Numbered from the stretch's first letter, positions 12,292-26,420 are shown. The stretch: 64,000 nt of DNA from Octopus sinensis (GCF_006345805.1 NW_021833062.1:27481-91480); one strand, 5' to 3'. The notes: generated by a model not told the origin, from the sequence alone. Translations and numbers: made by a program.

Positions 12292-14550
12292 TGTATATGA
12301 AAATCTTGAATATACATAAGTGAAAAATAAAATAATACTTCAATAATTAAATACTTTAAAATGAAAAAAAACACAAAAGGCTATTGCAAGTTATTAAATT
12401 GTAATCAAATAAAGAAATGTTTCAAATATAGACAAACTCTTTAAATACTTATATTTAATAAATATACCTGTTTTGTATCTATAAATTTTTATATATGAAT
12501 CTATAACAAAATTGACTAATATCAAATAATATAATACCTAATTAACTTAAATTTAGTATTACAAATGCATAATCCACCTATATATCAATATATTATGTAG
12601 CATATTATAATTTATATATATATATATATAAATATAATATCGAGAATAATATGTTTCCTATCAAACCCAAATTAAAGAAAGGTGCTAAAATATTAGAACC
12701 ATAGGACAATACACTATGAAAATGTATAATCACAATAACCAGTCCTCTGCCAAACCATTCATTAACAATAACAATAATAAAAACTACCAAAGTCGAAATA
12801 ATAGCAAGAACTAACTAATATTCATAATCGAACTAAATTACTAAGTTCAACGATTCTGTTAATCTATCTACATTTTCAAATGATAAACTTCTAATTGATC
12901 AACTCACTCGATTCCATTCATGAAAAATACTATCAAAAATTTGAAATAGTACAATAAACCCAAATCCATTATATAAACTCGCTATTTTAATATCCATGTT
13001 TAATATCTATAGATTTAATATTTCACACGATAAAATAGTTAATCATATACGTTATATTACAATAAAAACTAGTTTATTTAAAAATAATACTACTTAATGA
13101 AAATATTATCTAATTATTATAAAACATGTATTCTAACAATATTAATTCTCAAATTAAATAATATGTAAAACGTAAAATCTTTTATAACAATTAAACATTG
13201 GACGTAAAAAAGACTATCAAGAAACTATTAATATATAAAAATATTACATCAAACAATAATAATATCAACAATAATAATAATTTCAAACACACAACGGTTC
13301 AATATTCAAATGAAATAGAGAAACGATAAAATTCAGACTTAGCTTTTGCGAAGAATGAAGAGTAACTGATTTTTAAAAGAAATAAATAGTTAACGCGTTT
13401 ATAAATAATCGCGTAGATACATTGTGCAAAGAAGGTGAAGAAATCCTCAATGAACCTGGCGAAACTTTTAACAATGAAAAATACGTAAAAATCGTTTATA
13501 AAGTTTTTCGCGTGAAATAAAATAAATATTCAATGAACATGGCGAAATTATTTTCAATGAAAAATACAAAAACACGAAAAAACTTAGTCTCATGTTCGAA
13601 ACAATTTGAGAAAATCACAACTTATGGAGAAACTAATATAAACACACCCAAATAAATATAACAAACACCTATTATTATATCAATAATAAAATTAATACCA
13701 GTTAAACATTGACACCCGCCTAAAAGAACACAAATTCAAACGAAAAAGAAATAACATTACTAAGTTAATTTCAGAAAATCACTAGATTATAAACGTAAAG
13801 AATAATACTTAGCGTCTATAAGAACTCGTGGAGACGTTGCAAGGAAAAATAGAACATAACTATTAATGAAAAAGACTAAAAGAAAATTATTAATGGAATA
13901 CGGGAATTATCTAAACTTCATGAATCAAATAAAATTAATAAAAGTACTAATAGTAAAATAGTACATTAAGAATTACTTGTTCATCATCATTACCCGGATC
14001 CTATAACAAGCCATACGCGATTATAAATATTATTATCTTTAAAATTATATTAATTAACATAATAATTAACGTTATTTATATCATTATAACTTATTACCAT
14101 CACTAACAAAATCCAAACTACAACAAACTGCCAACTAACGTCAAATTATTTCACAGCCGACTATCTCCTACCATTCAACCCTTCCTAAAGACTGCAACAG
14201 ATGAAGCCCAAAGCTCATATGTATATATATATATTATATTTATGAAATATTCTATTATATATTGATATTTTGGTGAATTATGTTTTTGTAATACTAATTT
14301 TAAGTTAATTATGTATAACATTATTTGATAGTTAGTCAATTTTGTTAAAGATTGTTATATAAAGTCTATAGATACCACACATATATATTTCTTATAAGGT
14401 TAGTTTTTTTAACGAGTTTGTCTATTTCTTATTTTGATTACAATTTAAGGATTTATAATCGCTTTGTGTATTTTATTTAATTTTGAATTATTTAATTATT
14501 GAAGTATTATTATAATTTTTGCTTCTGCATATTTAGGATTTTCATACATA
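12292..14550. mobile_element. Degenerate AT-rich element bounded by ~310-bp inverted repeats, possibly Penelope-like
   Basis: 12292-12610 is a diverged reverse complement of 14240-14550; interior has DTRLKEHK-like remnant (~13710) and a broken hammerhead-like CAGATGAAGCCC (~14198). Confidence 0.5.
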
Positions 14551-14570
14551 TAAATATATACATACATACA

Positions 14571-14705
<135 letters not shown>

Positions 14706-14719
14706 AGTAGTTGAATGAA

Positions 14720-15962
14720 TTATCCTAGAATTGATAATTCAATTAACCGATACCTGGGTAGCAAATTCACGTCAGAAAACACGGTTGAAGCTACATGCCA
14801 AGGGTAGAAACTCCGTGTTCTTGTGTGGTATTTTGTGTAATATTTAAAATGAATAAAAGAATGGAGTCGAACGAGGATTTTAACACAATTCCTTTAATTT
14901 CAACACATGTTTCGAAGACTGCATATTCCTAATTCTGAAGGAATAAGGTGCATTATGCCGTCTCCTCATCAGGAAAGTTAAGGAAAATCAATCAGCCTCA
15001 AGACGGAGAAAAACGTTTCTATGACTTGCTACATATTGATCATATTGATAATAAGTGAATTTAAAAATCCGTTAAAACAATGACGTCAAAATTATTTGTA
15101 AGATGAATTTATGAAAATAAGAAGGGGACAGTATGCATGCTGCATGAATATGGATGCGGGGGTGTTTGCTCTGGTTAATAAGTTTTATTGCTTATGTGAG
15201 TGTGTGAGTGTGTGTATATAAATGCATTTACGTCTATGTTTGTATATGTGGGTAATCATGTATAGGTTGGGGCCGGTTGTCAGATAAATATAGCAGTAAA
15301 GCGAGAAATTTGTGTCTGTGTGTTTGATTGAGCGTATGACAGAGACAATAAATAGAAAGAGAGAGGGAAAGGTAGAGAGGAAGGGATGAACATACGCCAG
15401 TGACATATAGTATCATTGTTTTATGTAACGGATTAGACATAAAAGGGACGTGAAATTAAATAATAAAACAGAGAAATTATCAATATTAATTATCATTTAT
15501 ATGAATGAAAAGTGTGTTTTTGCCAGTGCATACACTTATAGGATTTTTCAGTTAACGTGTTAACTAAATGGTAGAGCTCGGAAAAACAAATTCCGCAAAA
15601 TTTCCTGCCCTTATCAAAAGGAAAGGATACAGACAATATGGACCAATCCAGCTTAAATGTTATATTATTGTCCTTAAGACGCCAAACTAATTTACTTAGT
15701 CCTGTGCTCTGTTGTTTTCTCCTATCTCGGAACGTTGAATAATTATTGGAAATTATCTCTGACAATTTGGAAGTTGTTGTCCCAATATAAAAGAAGACAT
15801 CGGTACCGGTAGAAATTCTACATTGGTAAATTGTATTTTCAATTTTGGAGTTACTGGACAAGAACCTTAATCTGTTAGGGTTTCCTTAGGAGATTGAGAC
15901 TGAATTATTATTGATATGATTGATGTCTATATTACTGTTAGTCTTAACCCGTACATTATTTC

Positions 15963-16006
<44 letters not shown>

Positions 16007-16017
16007 TATTATTATTA

Positions 16018-16076
<59 letters not shown>

Positions 16077-16200
16077 TATTATTATTATATTATTAATATT
16101 AATTGCATTACAACCGGCAATATTCCTGGCAATAGAAATGTTGTTGTTGATAGATTTTACAGATTTAGGGTAATATCTAAGAAGTTGGCTTTAGTCAATT
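14720..16200 (-). mobile_element. Penelope-like element, GIY-YIG endonuclease half and 3' region
   Basis: ORF 15493-15861 IYQCRI..FYIGTT..STGLSKLVWRLKD..WSIL..CGIC..E; RT motif NFLDITL at ~16162-16200; downstream hammerhead. Confidence 0.8.
14889..14985 (-). ncRNA. Type I hammerhead ribozyme with extended stem II in a Penelope-like 3' region
   Basis: Reverse complement TTTC CTGATGA GGAGAC ...long hairpin... GTCTTC GAAA C ATGT G TT GAAA; palindromic ACATGT in stem III. Confidence 0.75.
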
Positions 16201-16219
16201 CATCATGAAAAACTATATT

Positions 16220-16765
16220 CAAGCAAAATAATTCGTACTTCCCTTACCATAAACCTTCTACTAATCTTAAATATATCAGCATTTTCAGTAATCATGCCAA
16301 AACAATTACCGATAATTTAGTTTTAAATATTTCTTTAAGAATTTCAAAATTATCTGCTAATGTTGACATTTTTAACGAAAAGGCTGAAATTTATAACGCC
16401 GCCTTGTCAAAAGCCGGGTATAGAAATGAACTGTCATACATCGATCCAGCCCATTCTAACCCAATATATATTTCCCAGAATAAGAAAACTCAAAAAAAAA
16501 TGAATAGTGATAATAGTGGATTTGGTTCTAACCACGTCGGAATCTCTGTACATAAGATTAATAACTTACGGACCTGGGGTTACAATCAACACCCAACCCC
16601 AAATTCACACCATAGAAAATTTCCCTTTACTGTGAAAAGTAACACGGTGAGCAATTGTAAATCTACAAAAAACTATATCTGGTTGTTATACCTTTCGGAA
16701 AACAAATTAACTCGAACCTTCCCATAGAGTTCCGTGAAGCAGTGGCTAGGAACTTTCCCAGGAAT
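16220..16765 (+). mobile_element. Penelope-like RT C-terminal segment, inverted relative to the GIY-YIG half
   Basis: Translates PYHKPSTNLKYISIFSNHAKTI..NISLRISKLSANVDIFNEKAEIYNAALSKAGY. Confidence 0.75.
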
Positions 16766-16835
16766 AACAATAATAATAATAAGAAGAATTATAAAAAAAA
16801 ACAAAAATAAAAACAATAATATTTATAATAATAAC

Positions 16836-16872
<37 letters not shown>

Positions 16873-16927
16873 GAAATAATAATGATAATAATAATAATAA
16901 TAATAATATTAATAATAATAATGTTAA

Positions 16928-17031
<104 letters not shown>

Positions 17032-17050
17032 AAATATTAATAATAGTAAT

Positions 17051-17084
<34 letters not shown>

Positions 17085-17224
17085 TTGTAGATGTTCCAGT
17101 CTTTGAGAGTTATTTTTCCCCGTTGCTAAACTGGGTCATATTAGTGTTTCTACGGCTTTCGGCTACTGAATTGTCAGAGCAGTGAAGAATACGTCCAGCC
17201 GCTGTCAAGGCTGGCGCTCCTCTC

Positions 17225-18910
17225 TCTTATTAAACAGAACAGGGTATGGGTATAAAATTGCCAATAAAAAAAATAGCCATCTATTTTATATGGATGACTT
17301 AAAACTATATGGTAAAGACAATTATGAACTTAAAGGACTATTGCGCACTGGGAAAACATTCAGCATTGACATCGGCATGGAGTTTGGGCTTGAGAAGTCT
17401 GCCAAGGCCACTTTCCAGAAAGGGAAATTGAAGACTACAAATTCAGTCGTGTTAGATGTTGACACAGTCATGAGAGAGCTTGAGCAAGAACAAACATACA
17501 TATATTTAGGGATAAATTAAGGCTCTGGTATTCAGCATGGAAGCATGAAAGAGAAGATCAGGAAGGAATGTTATAGGGGAGTTCGTCCTTCCTGAAATCT
17601 GAACTAAATGCACGTAACAAGGTGTTAGCTATAAATTCCTTAGCAGTTCCAGTTGTGACTTATAGCTACAATGTGTTGAACTGGAATATGAGTGAAGTAA
17701 AGAATACAGATAGAAAAATACGCAAGCTGCTGAGTTGTAATAGGATGCACAACCCAAAGGCAGACGTAGATCGCCTTTACCTTCCCAGAGCCCAAGGAGG
17801 TCGAGGCCTGATCCAATTTGAACTAGCTTACAAAACAACCACAATTGGACTGGCCAAATATCTTGAAATAACGAATCACTGGATGCTAAAGCACGTGGAA
17901 AATCATGAGAGACGAAAGAAGCTTCATTCGATCATAAAGGAAAGCAAAAATATAGCTATTGCTCTCATGCATGATACCCAAACTGAACAACCCGAGGGAA
18001 GTACGGCAACTATTGTTGCAAAGAAGGTGAATAAAATGGCAACGAAAAAAGCGCACGAGCAATTGGCTACAGAGCTCATGGCTAAAAGCAGAGAGCGAAG
18101 GTTTCATCCTTGCTGCTCAAGATCAAAGCATATTAACCCGGAACTACCAGGCCAATGTGATGAAAAATGGAGCAGACCCAAAAAGCCGATTCTGCAACGA
18201 CATGATTGAAACAGTGGACCACCTAATCTCTGGATGTAAAATCTTAGCACCAGTTGAGTATAAATTAAGGCATGACAGAGTTGGCCAATATCTACACTGG
18301 CTAATAAGTCAGCATTACAATATCAAAACTGCCGACAAGTGGTATAATCACCACCCTGAATCTGTAACTGAAGGAGAAAATGTAACGATTCGGTGGGACT
18401 TTACAGTACATACAGACCGAACCATCAAGGCCAATAAACCAGATATTGTTGTGAAAGACCCAAACAATAAAGTTTGCTTATTGATCGACATGAGCATCCC
18501 CTGGGATCATAATATCTCAGCGAAAGAGTTTGACAAGCTCAGAAAATAAAAAAGACCTGCACATTGAAATTGAGAAAATATGACATCTCATGGCGGTTAC
18601 AATACCAGTTATCGTAGGAGCACTAAGAATGATCAAGAAGAGAACCGAAAATTATGTGAGAATGGTCCCTGGCTTACCATTCCTGCAAGAAAAGCAAAAG
18701 ATTTTCTTAACTGGAACATCACACGTATTGAGAAGTGCATTGTCGATGTGAGAATTATTACTACCCATGTATTTTAATTTAACTTTAAAAAAAATTCACG
18801 AACTATTGAGTTTAGTTTATTGGCCTACCGATGTATACTATGAGTTCCTTGCCCTAAGAGTCGGGAAGACACTCGGCAAGAAATGGAAGCAAATTTGAAA
18901 GAAGAAACAA
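17225..18910 (+). mobile_element. R4/Dong-type element family B
   Basis: HLFYMDDLKLY, AINSLAVPVVTYS, HNPKADVDRLY, RHD, KPDIVV, family B 3'UTR. Confidence 0.9.
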
Positions 18911-18944
18911 ATATAATTATACTAATAATAATAATATCGTTATA

Positions 18945-20310
18945 TCGTTATAACGTTAACTGGTTAATTACTGAAATATGTAAACTTGAGAGAAAAATAC
19001 GAAAACTGTTGACAATGTATATAATGCACGACCCTAAGGTAGATACAGAACGACTTTATCTGCCAAGAAAAGAGGGAGGCCGTGTACTTTTACAACTGGC
19101 AATAACAATGAAGATTGCTACAATTGGACTAGAAACCTACCTGAAAAACTCTAAAATTGGACGTTAAAACTTGTTTCAAAACATGAAAACAAAAAAGCAT
19201 CATACTCTGTAACTAAACAGGCAAAGCAATATCTAAGTGAATTCCGAATACAACAAATTTCGGAATGAGAGTTAGACATACAAGAAACAAGCACCGAAAG
19301 AGCTAGGCGCATGAAAACCCGTGCAAAAACTGCGGCCTTAGATATTCTGAATAATAAATGGCAAGAAAAACATCTCTATGGCAGATACCCAAAGAGGGAG
19401 AGTGATGCAGATTTTGACAAAGCCCTAAAACATCAATGGCTAATAGCCGCTGGCTTAAAATCTGAAACAGAAGGCATTATCATAGCAGCTCAAGATCAAT
19501 GCCTACCAACAAGGAACTACCAGGCCAACATATTAAAGAACGGCAGTAGCACAATATATCGTGTATGTCAACAACAAAAGGAAACCATTCATCATGTTGT
19601 TTCCAAGTGCAGTCTTCTAGCGCCTACAGAGTATCTGTACAGGCATGATGGATCTGCACAATATATTCAACAACAATATATTCAAGAACCTGGATTTTCC
19701 CCATGAAAAACACTGGTGGGAACACAAAACACCCCAGTGCTTGAAAATGACCAAATCTCTCTCTTCTGGAACTTCAGCATTCAAACTGACAGAAAGATAG
19801 ATGCAAGTAGGCCAGATATATTATTTAAAGACTTCAGACAAAGATCATGCTTCCTCATTGATATTACTGTCCCAATCGATATCTGTCAAGACCTCCCAAA
19901 AACTGAGCAAAAATAAAGATCTTGAAATAGAAATCAGCAAAATATGGAATCTGAAAACTAAAACAATACCTGTTGTTATAAGTACCCTGGGAATGATACC
20001 AAACGCGGCTGATTGCTACCTAACTCAGATACCAGGAAATCCCAAACTGGCAGTAATTCAAAAGATAGTGCTCATGGGAGCTGCTCATATCCTACGCAAA
20101 ATACTTTCTATGTAATCTCAAGGTTTCAAATAAACATAATTCTCGTTTTTTTTAGAAATTCACTAGTAAAAGACCAAAAAGCAAATAAAACATATATATG
20201 GCATACTAGGCATAACAGCAACATGAACTTCCAACTTATTGTCTCTTGAGGTCTCTGGGTGAGACTTGGAGCCAACTTGTCCAAATATAAAGAAAAAGTC
20301 AAGCATAGAA
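18945..20310 (+). mobile_element. R4/Dong-type element family C
   Basis: LKSETEG..AAQDQ, RHD, RPDI, AHILRKILSM*, family C 3'UTR, (TAA)n tail. Confidence 0.9.
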
Positions 20311-20370
20311 TAATAATAATAATAATAACGACATTAATAATAATATTGATAATAATAATAATAATAATAA

Positions 20371-20439
<69 letters not shown>

Positions 20440-20443
<4 letters not shown>

Positions 20444-21418
20444 TAAATAAACACAAAGAAGAAGAAGAAGATGATGAAGAAACAACAAAAGCTATAAAAC
20501 AAATGAAATCCAAACTAAAAATAGAACATCAACGAGCCATGATAAAACGATGGCAAGAAAAACCCATTCATGGTAACTACTGCACTAAACTAAACGCAAA
20601 AGAAATAGACAAAGAAAAATCCCAGCAATGGTTGAGAAGCTCAGGACTCAAAGCAGAAACAGAGGGATTTTTAATTGCAGCACAAGACCAAAGCCTCCCC
20701 ACCAGAAATTACCAAAAACATGTAATGAAAAGAAATATTACAAGTAACTGCAGAATATGTGGAGATGGACAAGAAACAATAAATCATATTATCTATGGCT
20801 GCCCAGTCCTGGCTAAGAAGAAATATACTCACAGACATTACAGAGTTGGAACCTACATACACTGGAAGCTATGCCAACATTATGGAATAACAACAGAAAA
20901 AAAGATGGTATAGGCACACACCAGAAAAGGTCACAGAAAACGAGAAAGCAACCATACTCTGGGATATGCCGATACCCACAGATAGAGAAATTAAGGCCAA
21001 CAGACCAGATATAGTTGTCAGAGATCATGAAGAAAAAAAATGCTTTCTAATTGATGTATCAATACCGGCAGATGACAACGTGTCTCTAAAAGAAATGGAG
21101 AAACTCTCAAAAAACAAAGACTGGAAATAGAGGTATCTAGAATGTGGAACCTGAAAACATAAACAATTCCTATCATAGTAGGTGCATTAGGCATGATAAA
21201 AAAATATTCAGACAAATACATAACAAAAACACCAGGACTTACAAACACATATATCATACAGAAAATTGCACTACTAGGCACTGCACACATCCTACGCAGA
21301 ACACTTTCCATACAATAACCATCAGAGCATCACAACAAATCACAGCACATACCCAAGGCACACAGAGCTGCGCTCGGTAGTGAAGTGAAAGCACGCTAAA
21401 AAAAATAAAACTACTGAA
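20440..21418 (+). mobile_element. R4/Dong-type element family D
   Basis: LKAETEGFLIAAQDQ, CRICG..ETINHI..CP, RPDIVV, TAHILRRTLSIQ*. Confidence 0.9.
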
Positions 21419-21450
21419 TAATAATAATAATAATCATAATAATAATAATA

Positions 21451-22040
21451 AATGCCCTAATGCAGTACCAGGCAGTGGCTCTAAATGCCCTGATGCAGTA
21501 CGAGGCAGTGGCTCTGATGGCCTCTGATCTTAACTGATTGGAAGTGTTACCTTGTACATTGTTTTGTCTTGGTATAAAAGATGGGCTACAGCAAATATTC
21601 TGCTCAATACCACAGATTTGCTTGCCAGTTGTTTGCCTTTAACCAGTTGAGCATGTCCCTTAGTGGCTGACGATATGTGCATCTCTGATCGCGGGCAGAA
21701 GTAGTGGGGAGCATCATAGCCATGTGTTGAGAGGGATTATTTGGGGTTTGAATAATTCACCACTGGAAACATGGGTGATTTTTTCAACATCCTTAAACAA
21801 CCCTTATTCAGGGACCGTTGGAGCGGGATGGGCTACTCAACCTGAAGAAAATTCTAACTGGGCCCCACCTGCAAGGTCATGTGCTGTTTATCTTGATAAG
21901 ATATCACCATGTCGCGCACATATGGTTTTAATGCATGTGCCTGGTGTACACTTATCAGACGGGTAGTCATGATGGGTATATTGGGCTTCGTATATTTTAC
22001 CCCAGTGACACTTTGATGGCATGATCTGCTCTCTCACTCA
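21451..22040 (+). mobile_element. Non-coding ~590-bp insert in (TAA)n: long 3'UTR or non-autonomous element of the same system
   Basis: Bounded by (AAT)n on both sides, no recognisable protein, ~32-bp tandem duplication at its 5' end. Confidence 0.5.
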
Positions 22041-22067
22041 ATAATAATAATAATAATAATAATAATA

Positions 22068-23993
22068 TAGTATGGCATGGATCGATTACAGAAACACGTT
22101 TGATAGCATCCCCCACACATTGATCCTCGAAACCCTAGCCATTAACAAAGCAGCACCAACAATTATAGAATATATTGGAGACTCTAAAAAAAAGGCAAAC
22201 ATTGCTACAGCTCCTGAAAAACCAAAGCCATTCCCATTGGAAGAGGAATATTCCAGGGAGAAACGCGCTCTCTAATTCATTTTCTGCTTGGCACTATCAC
22301 CTCTATCTAATATGCTAAATAGAACTAGATGCGGATCTAAATGTTACGTCAAAACGACGAGCCGCTATTTATATATGGATGACTTAAAATTATACGTTGC
22401 CAATGAAAAATGTCTGGAAACACTACTAAAGAGATTTCATGAATTTACCAAGGATTTAGATATGAAATTTGGATTAGAAAAAGGCGCCAAAGTAACCCTG
22501 AAAAGAAGAAAACTTGTTAAAAGTAGCAACATCACACTAGATAAAACCAATGAAATAAAAGAATTAGACCAAAGCCAAATTTACAAAAACTTAGGAATCC
22601 ATGAACTAGATAAGATACAACACACACAAATGAAAGAGGAAAAAAAAAAGAATATTATAGACGAGTTAGATCAATACTTAAAACAGAGATCACTGCTAAA
22701 AACAAGATAATAGGTATCAACACTTTAGTCGTCCAGGTTATACGTTACAGTTAAAACATTCTAAACTGGACACAAAATCATTTGACCAAAATAAATAGGA
22801 AAACAAGAAAAATAATGACAGGATCTAGGAAGCATCAACCAAAATCTGACGTAGAAAGGCTATAAATACAACGTAAAGATGGTGGTGGATGCCTAATACA
22901 GCTGGAAAACTACTATAAAATAACCACCATAGGACTGCAAAAATATCTACTTCAGAAGGAAGGAAAACTGATCCAGGTAGCGGCAAAACACGAGCTAAAC
23001 AAAAAACTGTTTGCTGTATTTAAGGAAGCTGTCAAATACAAACACGAATCATAAAACCTAACAAATATGAAGAAAAAGAAGAAGATGAAGAAACAACAAA
23101 AGCTATAAAACAAATGAAATACAAAATAAAAGTAGGACAGCAACGAACCATGATAAAACGATGGCAAGAAAAGCTCCTTCTTGGTAAATACTGCACTAAA
23201 CTAAACGCAAAAGAAATAGACAAAGAAAATTCACAGCAATGGTTGAGAAGCTCAGGACTCAAAGCAGAAACAGAGGGATTTTTAATTGCAGCACAAGACC
23301 AAAGCCTCCCCACCAGAAATTACCAAAAACATGTAATGAAAAGAAATATTACAAGTAACTGCAGAATATGTGGAGATGGACAAGAAACAATAAATCATAT
23401 TATCTCTAGCTGCCCAGTCCTGGCTATGGAACCTACATACATTGGAAGCTATGCCAACATTATGGAATAACAACAGAAAAAAGATGGTATAGGCACACAC
23501 CAGAAAAGGTCACAGAAAACGAGAAAGCAACCATACTCTGGGATATGCCGATACACACAGATAGAGAAATTAAGACCAACCGACCAGATATAGTTGCCAG
23601 AGATCATGAAGAAAAAAAATGCTTTCTAATTGATGTATCAATACCATTAGATGACAACGCCTCTCTAAAAGAAATGGAGAAACTTTCAAAATAAAAAGAC
23701 CTGGAAATAGAGGTAACCAGAATGTGGAACCTGAAAACAGAAACAATTCCTATCATAATACGTGCATAGGTATGATAAAAAAACATTCAGACAAATACAT
23801 AACAAAAACACCAGGACTTACAAACACATATAACATACAGGAAATTGCACTACTAGACACTGCACACATCCTACCCAGAACACTTTCCATACAATATAAC
23901 CATCAAAGCATCACAACAAATCACAGCATATACCCAAGGCACACAGAGCTACGCTCGGTAGTGAAGTGAATGCATGCTATAAAAATAAAACTA

Positions 23994-23997
<4 letters not shown>
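22068..23997 (+). mobile_element. R4/Dong-type element family D, longer copy
   Basis: MAWIDYRNTFDSIPH, YMDDLKLY, CRICG zinc knuckle, RPDI, same 3'UTR as 20440-21418. Confidence 0.9.
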
Positions 23998-24027
<30 letters not shown>

Positions 24028-24053
24028 TAATAATAATAATAATATTTATAAGG

Positions 24054-24085
<32 letters not shown>

Positions 24086-24192
24086 TATAATGATAATAAT
24101 AATAAATAATATAATAATAATAATATAATAATAATAATAATAATAATATTAATAATAATAATAATAATATTAATAATAATATTAATAATAAC

Positions 24193-24257
<65 letters not shown>

Positions 24258-24321
24258 TAATAATAATAATAATAATAATAAAAATATTAGTAATAACAAT
24301 ATTAATAACAATAATAATAAT

Positions 24322-24810
24322 AGTAAAAACTTGTGGGAACACAAACCACCTCCAGTGCTTGAAAATGACCACTTTTCCCTCCTCGGGAACTTCACCTTTT
24401 TAAACGGACAAAAAGGTTTCTGCATATAGGCCAGACACCATAGTGCAAATCTTCAGACAAAAACACTCCTCATTGAAACGACTTCCTAATCAATATAAAC
24501 GTATCTGTCATGACCTACCAAATACTGAGAAAATGTAAATATCTTGAATTAGAAATTAGCAAAATGTAGAATCACATGACTAAAACAATACCTATTGTCA
24601 TAGGTACCCAATTATAGCAAAAGCGTTGATTGCTACCTGGCTCAGATACCGGAAAACCTCAAAATGGCAGAAATTCAAAAGATAGTGCCCATGGAATCTG
24701 CCCATATCCTACGCAATATACTTTCTATGTTATCTGAACTTTCTTATGATTTCTTTATTATTCTCTTGTACAACACTATTTACAAAACCAAATAGATTGC
24801 TTTCTAGGCA
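24322..24810 (+). mobile_element. R4/Dong-type family C-like 3' fragment, older
   Basis: WEHKPPPVLEND, AEIQKIVPMESAHILRNILSM. Confidence 0.75.
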
Positions 24811-25309
24811 TTGAGGATCACTCTTTCTATTTATCGAGCGTCTTCACTGTGCTGCATCTTACAGGGACCATTCATTGTTACAGATATAATTGATATTAGA
24901 GGCACAATGTCGAGGGAAGTTGATAGCCGATAACATTAGAAATTTACTACTTCGTCATTTATCGACCACCAAATTAAAACAAGCCAGATTTTCCTTGCAG
25001 ATATTGAAATCTGACGGAAAGAAAATCGGACAATATGTTGCCAAGCACTTTTGCCTAGCATGCAAACTATTCCCCGCCCTTCGTAGTAGAAATAATACCA
25101 GCTATTTATAAAGTGAAAACTCTTTGATCGACAATGTTAGTCTACATAAATAATATCCACAGAATGTACAATATTGGCAGCTGTTTTGAAAAGGTATTGT
25201 ATATAACATATGTTGTGATTTTATATTAAATACGTTAAAAATTATATGTGAAATATTTTAGATATATCACATTTTAACATTTTCAGGCAATCTCCTATTT
25301 TTCTTTTAG

Positions 25310-25491
25310 TCGATTAAAAGGTTTCAAGGGTTGTTACATGAAGAGAGTGTCTTCGTGTGCGTCAAAGAATGAAATATCTCAGAATAAATTTTGGAATTTA
25401 TTGCGAGTAAAAGATCCCTTGGCTTGTTACCAAGGCGAAGATTCTCAGTGTGTTTCAGTGATCAGAAAAATTGCTTACAAAGGTTTCTGTG
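25310..25491 (+). CDS. Exon 3 of the secreted Cys-rich protein (RLKGFKGCYMKRVSSC...LACYQGEDSQCVSVIRKIAYKGFC), phase 2 to 1
   Basis: Acceptor TATTTTTCTTTTAG|, donor G|GTATGA, 60 stop-free codons with 5 Cys, phase matches exon 2 (GA|T = Asp). Confidence 0.75.
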
Positions 25492-25699
25492 GTATGACAT
25501 TTTAATTAGTTACAATATAATTTCGAGAAATGTTGTATAAGATGGAATCTCATGCAGTAATAATAATTGCACTGGGAAAGGCCTCGAGTTTTCAATAAGT
25601 GTAAATATTAGCTGAAAATAAAATCGTATTTAAGAATACTTACGCAGTTAGCCATTAGAATAATCACAGCAACTGAAATTATTATTTTTTATTCATTTA

Positions 25700-26420
25700 T
25701 TTTACTTTATTTTATTTAGTTTCAGCTCACGAGCTTTGGCCATGCTGGTGCACCGCCATTTGGTGTTGCTACATGATTTTACTTCATTAATGCTTTTTGG
25801 AAATGCCATTTGGTGCATGTGAAAGCTCGATGCAGCTGCCCTCATCTGCACCTCCTGCAATGAAGTTGGTTCATCTGGGACACCTGACAAGAAGAGATCC
25901 AGTTTAATTTTAAAAACATCTTCTTCCACCCCATGCAGGTCTCGCAGGTTCTTCGGGAGGATATTGAATAGCTGTGGGCCTCTGAAGCCCAGGCTATCAC
26001 AGTATTTTGTCTTACAAGTTGATGGCAAACTTGGAGTCTTTGGCACTATGCAGTGGCACCTATTTCTGTCATTTGTGTAACTCCCGATGCCAAAGTTTGG
26101 GACAGGTCCTTCTAGGAGCTTCCAGATGTATATCATTGCATGTATTTCACAACTACGCTCTAAGGAATAGAGTCTCAATCTCTTCAGTTTTTCCCAATAG
26201 CTTATATGCTGCACAGAGGCTAACTTCTACGTGTATCTTCGTTGGATCGCATCAAGTTCTGTGATTAAATTGACACTGGATGGTGACCATAGCTGAGAGC
26301 AATAGTCAAAGTGGCTTAGGACAAGTGTCCTCCAGACGACCATCATGGTTTCCTGGACTCTTGTTCTAAAGGTTCTAAGAATCCATCATGGTCAGCCGCC
26401 TACACTTCATTGCCATCATC
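25700..26420 (-). mobile_element. 5'-truncated copy of the CR1/L2-group LINE
   Basis: ORF 25702-26214 YWEKLKRLRLYSLER..; homologous to 3270-3975 including the 3' tail. Confidence 0.9.

Noticed and set aside
17085-17222. ~135-nt unexplained segment with a CCAGCC/GGCTGG hairpin fused to the 5' end of a family B copy
   Set aside because: Might be a template-switch capture of a cellular RNA, but I cannot identify it from sequence alone
24890-25111. 73-aa ORF with an internal acceptor-like TTCCTTGCAG
   Set aside because: No convincing donor or phase fit with exons 2-3
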